From an uncultured Phycicoccus sp. (GTDB lineage Bacteria; Actinomycetota; Actinomycetes; Actinomycetales; Dermatophilaceae), in NCBI RefSeq assembly GCF_947495705.1, contig NZ_CANLZR010000006.1, positions 87,664 through 151,663 of the forward strand: a DNA stretch of 64,000 nucleotides, given 5' to 3'. Below the pieces are notes generated by a model, which was given only the letters and a program-made list of their open reading frames with translations, was not told the DNA's origin and did not search any database. Position numbers and translations under genes: made by a program. This document shows positions 9,413 to 18,506 of the stretch, one piece after another. The first letter of the stretch is position 1, and each line of letters opens with the position of its first letter.

Positions 9413-10614
9413 CGGCCACGACCGTGGCGTCGGCCACCCGCAGCGCTCGTCGGGCCCACCACCTCGTCGAGCTCGAGGGCCTGCGGGCCCTGGCGGCCTT
9501 CGCCGTGCTCCTCACCCACGCCGGTTTCCTCTCGGGGGCCACCGGCCGGCAGGTCCTGCCCGGGTTCCTCGCGCGGATGGACATCGGTGTCGCCGTGTTC
9601 TTCGTCCTCAGCGGCTTCCTCCTGTACCGCCCGCACGCCCGCCACCTGGCCGACGGCGTCCCGCCGACCCCCACCCGCGCCTACGCCGTGCGCCGCGCCG
9701 CCCGGCTCGTCCCCGCCTGGCTCGCGGTCCTCGCCGGCACCGTGGTCCTCGTCCCCCTCTCACGCTCCGCGGGCACGGTCCCGTGGGTCGCCAACCTCCT
9801 CCAGCTGCAGAGCCTGCGGCTCGAGTGGGACCTGCCGGGCCTGGCCCAGCTGTGGAGCCTGTCGACCGAGGTGATGTTCTACCTCGCCCTGCCCGTCATC
9901 GCCGTGCTCGTCTCCCGGGTCAGCGGGGGGCGTGGCCCTCGAGTCCACCTCGCGGCACTCGGCGGGCTGGCGGTCGCGACGTGGGGCTTCCGGGTCCTCG
10001 TCGGAGTGGGCGCCCTCCCGGACGGCTTCTCGTGGACCCGCACCCTGCCCGCGGTCGGCGACTGGTTCGTCGTGGGGATGGTCCTCGCGGTGCTCACCGC
10101 CGACGACCGGCTCCGCGAGCCCGTCACCGCCGTGGTCCGCAGCTCGCCGTGGCACCTGTACGGCCTCGCCGCGTGCGTGTTCTGGGTGCTGACGACCCGC
10201 ACGGCCGGCCCCTACGACCTCACCCCGCCGACCCCGGCCGAGGCGAGCGTGAAGCACCTCGGCTACACGGTCGTGGCCGGCCTGGTCATCGCCCCGTCCG
10301 TGCTCGGCGCGCGCACCGTCGTGTCACGGGTCCTGTCGTCGCGGGTCCTCGTCTACGGGGGCACCATCAGCTACGGGGTGTTCCTGTGGCACCTGCCCCT
10401 GATGTTCCGGGTGCGGGAGGCCCTCGGCCTGGAGGTCTTCGCGTACGGGTTCTGGGTCACCGTGCTGCTCACCCTCGCGGCCTCTGTGGCCGTCGCCGCG
10501 CTCAGCTGGCACCTCCTCGAGGCGCCGGTCCAGGCGTGGGCCCGCCGCCGCACCGGCGGCGCCACGCGATCCCAGGCACGCGAGCGCCACGAGGAGGAGC
10601 CCCAGCGCTCCTGA
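9409..10614 (+). CDS. acyltransferase family 3 (OafA/YrhL-like integral membrane O-acyltransferase)
   Basis: Internal GTG of ORF 8362..10614(+); 401 aa. Motifs LEGLRALAAFAVLLTHAGF, GVAVFFVLSGFLLYRP, WSLSTEVMFYLALP and SYGVFLWHLP. Confidence 0.88.
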   Translation: MTATTVASATRSARRAHHLVELEGLRALAAFAVLLTHAGFLSGATGRQVLPGFLARMDIGVAVFFVLSGFLLYRPHARHLADGVPPTPTRAYAVRRAARLVPAWLAVLAGTVVLVPLSRSAGTVPWVANLLQLQSLRLEWDLPGLAQLWSLSTEVMFYLALPVIAVLVSRVSGGRGPRVHLAALGGLAVATWGFRVLVGVGALPDGFSWTRTLPAVGDWFVVGMVLAVLTADDRLREPVTAVVRSSPWHLYGLAACVFWVLTTRTAGPYDLTPPTPAEASVKHLGYTVVAGLVIAPSVLGARTVVSRVLSSRVLVYGGTISYGVFLWHLPLMFRVREALGLEVFAYGFWVTVLLTLAASVAVAALSWHLLEAPVQAWARRRTGGATRSQARERHEEEPQRS

Positions 10615-13600
10615 TACGAGGTCGCGGTTCGTGGCGTTGGGCCCCGGCCACGGACGCGCCAGGACCCAGCCGACCCAGGCCAGGGCCGCGAGTCCGCCGG
10701 CGACGAGCCGCACCGACCCCTGGGCCCACCGCAGGACGAACGCGGCCGCGGCCACGCCCGCGCCCACGACGCCTCCGACCACCACGACGGCGAGCGCGGC
10801 CAGGGCCGACCCGGCCTTCACGTCGACGCCCGCCAGCACCGGACCGGGCCTCCCACGCGGCGTGGCGAGCGCGAGGACGAGCAGGACGAGCGCGAGGCCC
10901 GCACCACCGAGCAGGGACGCCGTCAGGGCCGCCTGGGGGGTGAAGCGCAGGTCGACGGCGCCCGAGGCCCCGGCCGGGACCACCCAGCCCTGGGCCCACC
11001 CGTCGACCCGGATCGGCCGCAGGGTCGCCTCGCCCACGCGGGCCGTCCACCCTGGGTTGGCGTTCTCGCGCACCACGACCAGGGTGTCGACGTCGCGGGC
11101 CTCCCCGACGTCGACGGTGCGCCGGGCGTTCCCCCACGTGACGACCCGGACCGGGGAGCGGTCCTTGACGCCGGCGGCGTCCGCGGCGGCGGACGCCTCC
11201 CGGGCGTCGAGCAGAAGGGAGCGCACCGCGAACTGCCCGGAGGCCAGCGTCTGGAACCGCTGCTCACCCGCCCCGAGGTCCACGGTCTCGCAGACCCGGA
11301 GGCGCACGTCGTCACGCCCGATGACCTGCCCTCGGGTCGTCGACACCGCCGTGGGCAGGGTGCGCCCGCCGACCTGGACGGCGGGCCCGAAGCCGCACGG
11401 GACGGAGACGGGATCCTCGAGGGTCGGGCCAGCCGGCCAGGCGTCGCCGACGAGGGCGACGTCCCCGATGACGACGGGCATGGCCCGCACGCCCGAGGAG
11501 GTGAGGGCGTCCTGGGTCGTCGCGTCGGTGACTGTCACCACGACCCGTCGGGTCCGGGTCTCGGGCAGCATGACCACGCCGTCACGGTCGAGGACCCGAT
11601 GCACGGTGCGCCCGCCGACGGTGACGTCGACCTCGAGCGGCCGGCGCCCGGCCACGTCGGGGTCCGTGGTGATCCGCAGGCCGCCGACGGCCCGCGTCTT
11701 CGGCCAGGTGAGGGTGAGGGTGGGCTCGGCGTCGTCCGGCGCCGCCGCCCAGTACGTGCGGGGGTCGCCGTCGACCGTGAGCTCCGGTGAGACGCCCGGT
11801 TCGGGCACCCACCGGCTGGAGCCGGCCGCCCGGACCCCGTCGAGCCGACGCAGCAGCGTGTCGGCCCCCGGCGCGCGCGCGACCGCGGTCCCGGTGACCT
11901 CGTAGGTCCGCGGCTCGGCCAAGGTGAGGACGCGGCGCAGCTGGGTCGCTTCCTCCCCGACCCGCTGGCGGTCCGGCGAGCACGCCAGCACCCCCGACGA
12001 CAGCGGGTAGCAGGCCGACCGGTCGTCGGTGCCCGCCTGGAAGCGCACGACGTCCGGCGTCCGGTCGGTCGTCGGGAGTCGGACCCACGGCTCGGTGCGC
12101 GGCAGGGTTCCGGCCCCCACGTCGAGTACCCGCACGGTCGGTGCGCGGTCACGCACGGCTTCGACGACGAGCCGGAACGAGGTCGTCGCGCCGTCCGGGA
12201 CGCGGACGTCCACCGCATACCGAGCGGGGTCGACGTCCGCCCCCGCCAGGTCGGGACTGCTGACGGGGGTCCGGACGGTGCCCGCATCGGTGACGACCGA
12301 GAACGCCGCGACGTCGGCACCCCGCACCGTGTCGAGGGTGACGGTGACGGCGGGCGGGAGCGCCGCCGGGTCGGCCCAGACGAGCTGGACCCACTGGCCG
12401 TCCGCCGCGTAGCCCGCGGACCGCCACCCGGTCTCACCGCTGGCATCGAAGGCCCGCCAGGCGTCACTCGCCAGCTCGCGGCCCTGGCCCAGCGCGGGCT
12501 CCGCCAGCGTCGACGAGGCCGTCGCCCGGGCGGTGCCGTCGTCACGCCGCACGGTCTGCTCGTCGGTGAGCGTGTCCGTGGTCTCGGTGAGAGGTGCCGG
12601 CCAGTAGTCGTGCACGGCCCGGGCGGACGGGTACTCCTCCCCGGCCGCCAGCAGCGGCCCGTACAGGTCGGTCGCCGTCGCGAAGCCCGCCTGCCGCCGC
12701 TGGAGGGTGTCGCTGGTGACGACCGCCGCGACGTCCTCCAGCGCCGAGTCCGGGTCCGCGGCGGACACCCCCGCGGCGATGTCGGGGATCGCCGCGACGC
12801 CCTCGGGACCCCCGGAGTACCGCACCACCGACGAGGCCGGCCGGCGGAAGGTCGGCGCGACCGACGTCGTGGTGCCGACCTCGAGGACCTCGATCTCGCG
12901 CAGGGGCCGGTCCAGACCCCAGTCCGACGCCATGGTGACGTCCCGGCTGCCGCCGACGAGCTCCCCGAACGAGGCCACGGACTCCGCACCGCTGCGGACC
13001 AGGGCGGCCCGCACGACGACGGGGGGCGTGCTGCCGGTGCTCGGGCGCTGATGGTCACCGACGACGACGACCCGGGTCACGGCGAGGCTTTCGAGCAGCG
13101 CCCGGAGGTCGGGGCCACCGCGTCCCTGGGCCACCCGGGCCTCGACCTCGCCGAGGATGCGGGTCGCGGCGGCCGAGCCCAGCGGGACGGCGTCGCGCAC
13201 GATCCACGGCGACCCGGCCAGCGGCTGGAGCGGCTCGTCCTTCGGCTCCCCCCAGAACCGGGCGGGGGCGTTCCCGCCGGGCAGGAGCAGGACCCGGCCC
13301 CCGTCGTCGGTGGCGTCCAGCCAGGACGCCGCCTCGGACCACGCGGTCGGCACCGCGAGGAACGGACCCCGTTGGATTACCCCGACGAAGGCCGGGACCG
13401 CCGTCTGCCCGATGAGCGCCAGGACCACCAGTGCCGGGGCGATGCCGGGCCACGGGGCGCCCCGGCGGCGCAGCCACGCCGCGGCCAGCGGGAGGGCGTG
13501 CGCGACGCCGAGCGCAAGCGGCAGACGGACGACGGGCTCGAACTTGTGGGTGTTGCGGAACGGCGCCAGGACGCCGTCGAGGAGGTCCGCCTGGGCCGGC

Positions 13601-14634
13601 GCCCACGGCGGTGCGAGCCCCATGACATGGCCGAAGGTGACGAGGACGAGGCCGAGCAGGAGCCCGCCGCGCGCGAACCCGGCCCACGGACCCCGGGCGA
13701 GGGCGAGCCCGAGAAGCCCCGCCAGCACGACGACGAGCCCGGCGACGATGACGTTGCGGGAGGTGAGCACCGCCCAGCCCGCGGGCCAGACGGCGTTCTG
13801 CCCACCGCCGATCGTCGCGATCCACTGGGTCGTGCCGCGCAGCGCCTCGGTGACCGAGGCGACGGCGGTGGTGACCCGCGCGTCCTCGATCCAGTCCAGG
13901 AAGGGCGGGCTGTACCGGCCGAGCAGCACCAGCGGCCCGATCCACCAGGCGGTCGCGAGGACCACGGCCACCGACCACCACCCCAGGAGCACGGCGCGCA
14001 CTCGCCCCCGGCGGGTGAGGATCCACCACAGCGGCAGCACGAGCACCGCGAGCGAGGCCACCGCGTTGACCGCCCCGAGGGCCAGCACCGCGACCCCCGA
14101 GCGCAGGGCCGCCGCACGTTCGCGCCCCGGGGCGACCGCGAGCAGCGGCAGCAGGATCCACGGGGCGACGGCCATCGGCCAGATCTCGGAGCTGATGGCC
14201 CCGAGCCCGATGAGCATCCGGGGTGCGAGCGCGTAGGTGAACGCGGCGATCACGCGGGACGAGCCGGTCCCGATGTCGAGCCGCTCGAGGACGCGCCGCA
14301 TGCCGTGGTAGGCGAGCACGAGGATGAGCGCCCACCAGAGCCGCTGCACGAGCCAGGGGGGCACGTCCAGGGCGTGGCCCAGCCAGAAGAAGGGCCCCAT
14401 CGGGAAGAGGTAGCCGTACGCCTGGTTCTGCAGCTGGCCCCCGGCGGCCAGCGGGTCCCACAGGCCGAGCGCCCGGCCGAGGAACCCCCCGGGGTCGACG
14501 ACGAGGTCGAGCTTGGTGTCAGCCGCGGTCCAGCCGGGGCGCTGGACCAGGGCGAGGGCGAGCAGGAAGGCGGTCGGCAGGGCACGGTCCAGCCGGGCCC
14601 GCCACCTCGTCGCGGGGTCGGTCGCGGCCGTCAC
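10324..14634 (-). CDS. AftD-type (DUF3367) giant GT-C glycosyltransferase, arabinofuranosyltransferase-like
   Basis: ORF 10324..14928(-). Start set at GTG 14634, which overlaps the methyltransferase stop (GTGA); 1436 aa. N-terminus LLALALVQRPGWTAADTKLDLVVDPGGFLGRALGLWDPLAAGGQLQNQAYGYLFPMGPFFW, about 12 TM segments, a roughly 800-aa soluble region, 4 C-terminal TM helices, then a roughly 95-aa hydrophilic tail lying antisense to the acyltransferase. Confidence 0.85.
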   Translation of the reverse strand: MTAATDPATRWRARLDRALPTAFLLALALVQRPGWTAADTKLDLVVDPGGFLGRALGLWDPLAAGGQLQNQAYGYLFPMGPFFWLGHALDVPPWLVQRLWWALILVLAYHGMRRVLERLDIGTGSSRVIAAFTYALAPRMLIGLGAISSEIWPMAVAPWILLPLLAVAPGRERAAALRSGVAVLALGAVNAVASLAVLVLPLWWILTRRGRVRAVLLGWWSVAVVLATAWWIGPLVLLGRYSPPFLDWIEDARVTTAVASVTEALRGTTQWIATIGGGQNAVWPAGWAVLTSRNVIVAGLVVVLAGLLGLALARGPWAGFARGGLLLGLVLVTFGHVMGLAPPWAPAQADLLDGVLAPFRNTHKFEPVVRLPLALGVAHALPLAAAWLRRRGAPWPGIAPALVVLALIGQTAVPAFVGVIQRGPFLAVPTAWSEAASWLDATDDGGRVLLLPGGNAPARFWGEPKDEPLQPLAGSPWIVRDAVPLGSAAATRILGEVEARVAQGRGGPDLRALLESLAVTRVVVVGDHQRPSTGSTPPVVVRAALVRSGAESVASFGELVGGSRDVTMASDWGLDRPLREIEVLEVGTTTSVAPTFRRPASSVVRYSGGPEGVAAIPDIAAGVSAADPDSALEDVAAVVTSDTLQRRQAGFATATDLYGPLLAAGEEYPSARAVHDYWPAPLTETTDTLTDEQTVRRDDGTARATASSTLAEPALGQGRELASDAWRAFDASGETGWRSAGYAADGQWVQLVWADPAALPPAVTVTLDTVRGADVAAFSVVTDAGTVRTPVSSPDLAGADVDPARYAVDVRVPDGATTSFRLVVEAVRDRAPTVRVLDVGAGTLPRTEPWVRLPTTDRTPDVVRFQAGTDDRSACYPLSSGVLACSPDRQRVGEEATQLRRVLTLAEPRTYEVTGTAVARAPGADTLLRRLDGVRAAGSSRWVPEPGVSPELTVDGDPRTYWAAAPDDAEPTLTLTWPKTRAVGGLRITTDPDVAGRRPLEVDVTVGGRTVHRVLDRDGVVMLPETRTRRVVVTVTDATTQDALTSSGVRAMPVVIGDVALVGDAWPAGPTLEDPVSVPCGFGPAVQVGGRTLPTAVSTTRGQVIGRDDVRLRVCETVDLGAGEQRFQTLASGQFAVRSLLLDAREASAAADAAGVKDRSPVRVVTWGNARRTVDVGEARDVDTLVVVRENANPGWTARVGEATLRPIRVDGWAQGWVVPAGASGAVDLRFTPQAALTASLLGGAGLALVLLVLALATPRGRPGPVLAGVDVKAGSALAALAVVVVGGVVGAGVAAAAFVLRWAQGSVRLVAGGLAALAWVGWVLARPWPGPNATNRDLVSGALGLLLVALACLGSRGAAGAAAGPRLDRRLEEVPAERGDGHRGREGEQHGDPEPVREDLQAEGLPHPEHQGQVPQEHPVADGAPVDEDPRRQDP

Positions 14635-15404
14635 CGACGACCCGCGCGCAGCACGATGACCGCGTTCCAGCTGGCGACCTCGCGCAGGCCGGGAACCCGC
14701 ATGACCCAGTGCGCCCACGACGGGTGGTACCGCGGGAGGACGGCGAGCACCTCGGCCGCGCCGCGGTCCTCGGCCGCCCGCGCCCAGCGGAGCATCGGGC
14801 CGACCGGGCACGGGAAGAGGGAGTGGCCGACGTCGTTCTTCGGGCGGTGCCCGGTGCGGCGCGCGTACCGGTCCGCGGCCCGGCGTCCGCCGAGGTAGTG
14901 CCAGGGCGAGGTCTCGTGACCACCCCACGGCGACAGCCAGGGGGTCCAGGACAGGAACACCACTCCACCGGGGCGGGTGACCCGCAGCATCTCCTCCGCC
15001 ATCCGGCGGGGGTCCGGCACGTGCTCGAGGACGTTGCTCGAGAAGGCGAGGTCGACGCTGCCGTCGGCGACGGGCAGCTGCAGGCCCGAGCCGCGCACCG
15101 TGTTGCCGGTGGCCCCGCCGCGCGCCGTTAGCTCGCCGGCGTCCGGCTCGAGCCCGGCGTACCGGGCGCCGGCGCGCGTGAACGCGTCGGCGAAGTAGCC
15201 CGGCCCGCCCCCGATGTCGAGCACGGCCGCACCGCCGAGCGGGAGCCAGCGGCGCAGGAGCGCGACGCTGTCGTCCGCGAGGGCCCCGTAGAAGCGGGCG
15301 GGATCGGTCTGCTCCACCCGGAAGGCGCGGAAGAGGGCCACCGACCGCCCGAGGGTGAGCCGGTCCCCGGCCGCCCGCTCGGGGGCGAGATCCTGGGGTA
15401 GCAT
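14631..15404 (-). CDS. class I SAM-dependent methyltransferase (cell-envelope cluster)
   Basis: 257-aa ORF with motifs VLDIGGGPGYFADAF, SSNVLEHVPDP and TRPGGVVFLSW. Translationally coupled to the AftD-like gene. Confidence 0.88.
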   Translation of the reverse strand: MLPQDLAPERAAGDRLTLGRSVALFRAFRVEQTDPARFYGALADDSVALLRRWLPLGGAAVLDIGGGPGYFADAFTRAGARYAGLEPDAGELTARGGATGNTVRGSGLQLPVADGSVDLAFSSNVLEHVPDPRRMAEEMLRVTRPGGVVFLSWTPWLSPWGGHETSPWHYLGGRRAADRYARRTGHRPKNDVGHSLFPCPVGPMLRWARAAEDRGAAEVLAVLPRYHPSWAHWVMRVPGLREVASWNAVIVLRAGRR

Positions 15405-15433
15405 CCGTCTCCGGCCGTCTGGAAAGAACTCAC

Positions 15434-16591
15434 GTGCGCATTGCCTTCTTGAACTGGCGAGACTCTACACATCCCGAGGGCGGGGGCGCCGAGAAGTACG
15501 CCGAGACCGTCTGTGCCGGGCTGGGGGCGCTCGGCCACGACGTCACCCTCCTGTGCGCCCGGCCCGACGGGGCCGCCGGGCTCGAGCTCCGCGAGCACTA
15601 CCGGGTGCTGCGGCAGGGTGGGCGGCTCGGGGTGTATGCAGCGACGCTGCGGCGCCTCCGACGGCTCGAACGCGCGGAGGGACGCTTCGACGTCGTCGTG
15701 GACACCCAGAACGGCATCCCGTTCCTCGCGAGCCTCGTCACCCGCACCCCGGTCGTCGTCCTCGTCCACCACGTCCACCGCGAGCAGTGGCCGATCGTGT
15801 TCGGCCCGGTCGCCGCGCGCGTCGGCTGGTTCGTCGAGTCGCGCCTGGCGCCCCGGCTGCTCCGCGGTCAGCAGTACGTCGCGGTGTCCGAGCGCACCCG
15901 CACCGAGCTCGTCGAGCTGGGCGTCGACCGGGACGCCGTGACCGTCATCCACAACGGCACCGAGCCTCCCCTGGCGACGGGGACCGCGCCGCACCCCGAG
16001 CCCCGTCTCGTCGTTCTCGGCCGGGTCGTGCCGCACAAGCGGGTCGAGCACGCCCTCGAGGTCACGGCGCGGCTGCGCGAGCGGTATCCGGGGCTGCGGC
16101 TGCGGGTCGTGGGCGACGGGTGGTGGAGCGAGCGGGTGCGCGAGGAGGTGCACCGGCTCGGCCTCGAGGAGCACGTCGACCTGCTCGGCCACGTCGACGA
16201 GGCCGCCAAGCACGCCGAGCTCGCGGCGGCCTGGGTCGCCCTGGCGCCGAGCGTCAAGGAGGGATGGGGGCTGTGCGTCGTGGAGGCCGCATCCCATGCG
16301 ACCCCGACGGTCGCCTACCGCGACGCGGGAGGCCTGTCGGAGTCGATCGTCGACGGCAGCACGGGGGTCCTCGTCGGGGACCTCGACGAGCTGACGGCGG
16401 CGGTCGACCGGCTGCTCGGCGACCCTGCGGAGCGGCAGGCGCTCGGTGCGGCCGCCGTGCGGCACTCACTGGTGTTCAGCTGGGCCCGGACGACGCAGGC
16501 CTGGGAGACGCTGCTCGCGCATCGGGCGGCGGGGCTGCCGGCGGAGTCCGGCACCGACGCGCAGGGTGGGGCGGTCAGCCGCCGTAGTTGA
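15434..16591 (+). CDS. glycosyltransferase family 4 (GT-B, retaining)
   Basis: 385-aa ORF. MRIAFLNWRDSTHPEGGGAEKY at the N-terminus, and a C-terminal EGWGLCVVEAASHATPTVAYRDAGGLSESIVDGSTGVL (EX7E-type motif). Confidence 0.9.
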   Translation: MRIAFLNWRDSTHPEGGGAEKYAETVCAGLGALGHDVTLLCARPDGAAGLELREHYRVLRQGGRLGVYAATLRRLRRLERAEGRFDVVVDTQNGIPFLASLVTRTPVVVLVHHVHREQWPIVFGPVAARVGWFVESRLAPRLLRGQQYVAVSERTRTELVELGVDRDAVTVIHNGTEPPLATGTAPHPEPRLVVLGRVVPHKRVEHALEVTARLRERYPGLRLRVVGDGWWSERVREEVHRLGLEEHVDLLGHVDEAAKHAELAAAWVALAPSVKEGWGLCVVEAASHATPTVAYRDAGGLSESIVDGSTGVLVGDLDELTAAVDRLLGDPAERQALGAAAVRHSLVFSWARTTQAWETLLAHRAAGLPAESGTDAQGGAVSRRS

Positions 16592-16775
16592 GCATCTCGT
16601 CCGGGGACAGGACGGTCTGCTGCCCGGTGGTGATCGCGGCGTCGTCCTTCGGACCGTTGGCGGCCACGATGCTGGCCGTGGCGGCGAACGACATCCCCAG
16701 CCCTGCGAGGACGCTCACGACGAGCAGGACGATTCCGGACTGGCTCGCGCCGCCGGCGATGGATGCCTGGGACAT
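16575..16775 (-). CDS. small single-pass membrane/secreted protein (DUF2613-like candidate)
   Basis: 66-aa ORF MSQASIAGGASQSGIVLLVVSVLAGLGMSFAATASIVAANGPKDDAAITTGQQTVLSPDEMLNYGG. It has one TM helix and a short tail ending in YGG. It overlaps the GT4 3' end by 17 nt (convergent). Confidence 0.55.
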   Translation of the reverse strand: MSQASIAGGASQSGIVLLVVSVLAGLGMSFAATASIVAANGPKDDAAITTGQQTVLSPDEMLNYGG

Positions 16776-16846
16776 GGGTGTCGAACGCCTTTCCTACTGG
16801 TCAGTACGGGTCATGGTAGCGGGTGGACGGCGCCGGCCGTACCGAC

Positions 16847-18454
16847 TCACCGACGGGTGGCGACGTCGTACACGGCGAAGTGCTCCCCACGGAGGACGAC
16901 CCGCCACCCGGTGCGGTCCGCCACGGGCGCTCCCGGCGTGTCCAGCCACTCGACGACATGGGTCACCCCGGCGCGGCGCAGCGACTCCGGGCTCACCCGG
17001 CCCGCACCCCAGTCAGCGCCGTCCGAACGGGGCGCGTCGTCGACGACGACCGTCGACTCCCCCCGGCGGACGGTGAGGGAGCTGCTGGTCAGGACCTCGT
17101 CGGGCAGCGCCCGCGGCAGCGGGTCGAGGAACGGCGCGGGGCCCGCCCAGGTGGCGCTCCGCAACGGCTGCCACGGCAGGGACAGCACTATGGGGGGCGA
17201 GCCGTCCGCGGTGCGCACGCTCGCCACGACGTCGCCCCACTCCCCCGGGTAGGCCACCGGGTGGTAGCCCGCCCGGACGAGCCGCGGCAGGTCGGGCACG
17301 GCCGCGATGGTGAGGAAGATCACCAGGCCCACGCCGACGGCGGCCGCCGGTCGGCCCCCGCGGGCGCCGACCCACCGGACGGCGACGGCCACGAGGACCG
17401 CGGCGGCCAGCACGGCCGGAGCCAGGAGGCGGTGCTGGTCGCGGACCAGCGCCACCCCCGGCAGGCGCTGCAGCCCGGCGGCCGCCTCGACCAGCGGGCC
17501 GGAGGCCAGCGTCGCCACCGTGGCCGGGGCGAGGAGCAGCGCCGCGCCGACGAGGGCTCGCGAAGGGTACCGGCGCGCCAGCACGAGCAGCCCCCCGGCG
17601 GCGAGGACGAGCAGGGCCACCGAGGACGCGAGCGCGACGGGGTCGGTCCGCGACGGGGGCCGGGCACCGGTGGCCCAGACACCGCCGCCCATGAGCGCCG
17701 ACAGCCAGGTGCCGAGGCCCGAGTCGTCGGCCAGGGCGAAGGCGACGGCCCCGTCCGGGTCTGCCGCCGGCGCGTCGGCCAGCAGCGCGGGGACCAGCCA
17801 GGGCAGGCACCAGGCCAGGCCCACCCCGGCGACGACCGCAGCCCGGCGCGGGGAGCGGTCGCCGCGGGTGAGGTCGGCGAGCACCGCCGCGACGGCGACG
17901 AGGAGGCCGCCCCACGGGGTGAGCGCAGCCGGAGCAGCGACGACGAGCAGCATCGCGACCCGAGCCGGCCCGGACCGGCGTGACCGCACGACGAGCACCA
18001 CCCACGGCAGGCACGCGTAGCCGAGCAGCGTGGGGGGTTGGCCGAGCAGCAGCCGCTCCGCGACGTACGGGTTCCACACGGCCAGCCAGGACGCCGCCAC
18101 CGCCGGCGCCGGCCCCCACCGGGCGACGAGGAGGCCGGTGCCGAGCCCGGCCAGCAGCAACGCGCCGACGAGGATCGCCGCCTGTTGCACCCCGACCGGC
18201 ACGACCCCGGACAGCGCCCACGTGACGCCGTCCAGCGGCCAGGCACGCAGCGCCGCCGAGGTCGTCGGCAGCAGGCCATCCGGGGCGGCTGGTGACGGCA
18301 CCCCGACGAAGTCGCGGAACAGGTACAGCCCGTCCCCCAGGGAGCCGCGCACGAGCAGGGCCACGGCGGCGAGGGTGCCGAGGGCGGCGGCCACGTGGCC
18401 GGCGGCCGCCGGAGCACCGGGCCGGCGCGAGGCGGGCGCGGGCTCGGTCGACAC
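16847..18454 (-). CDS. polytopic membrane protein with C-terminal soluble domain (GT-C-like candidate)
   Basis: 535-aa ORF. The first TM helix is followed by GDGLYLFRDFVGVP, then many hydrophobic segments and a soluble C-terminal region of about 120 aa. The start codon is not verified. Confidence 0.7.
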   Translation of the reverse strand: MSTEPAPASRRPGAPAAAGHVAAALGTLAAVALLVRGSLGDGLYLFRDFVGVPSPAAPDGLLPTTSAALRAWPLDGVTWALSGVVPVGVQQAAILVGALLLAGLGTGLLVARWGPAPAVAASWLAVWNPYVAERLLLGQPPTLLGYACLPWVVLVVRSRRSGPARVAMLLVVAAPAALTPWGGLLVAVAAVLADLTRGDRSPRRAAVVAGVGLAWCLPWLVPALLADAPAADPDGAVAFALADDSGLGTWLSALMGGGVWATGARPPSRTDPVALASSVALLVLAAGGLLVLARRYPSRALVGAALLLAPATVATLASGPLVEAAAGLQRLPGVALVRDQHRLLAPAVLAAAVLVAVAVRWVGARGGRPAAAVGVGLVIFLTIAAVPDLPRLVRAGYHPVAYPGEWGDVVASVRTADGSPPIVLSLPWQPLRSATWAGPAPFLDPLPRALPDEVLTSSSLTVRRGESTVVVDDAPRSDGADWGAGRVSPESLRRAGVTHVVEWLDTPGAPVADRTGWRVVLRGEHFAVYDVATRR

Positions 18455-18506
18455 CGCGCCAGCCTAGTTTCCGGCACCCGCACCCGCGGGCCGTACCCTG
18501 GCTCCC

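Noticed and set aside
10631-14898. 424-aa and 762-aa plus-strand ORFs, plus several minus-strand alternative-frame ORFs, inside the AftD-like gene
   Set aside because: Their products are Arg/Pro/Ser/Thr- or Arg/Gly/Asp-rich with no TM or domain structure. The chosen frame gives a coherent polytopic-plus-soluble architecture over 1436 aa.
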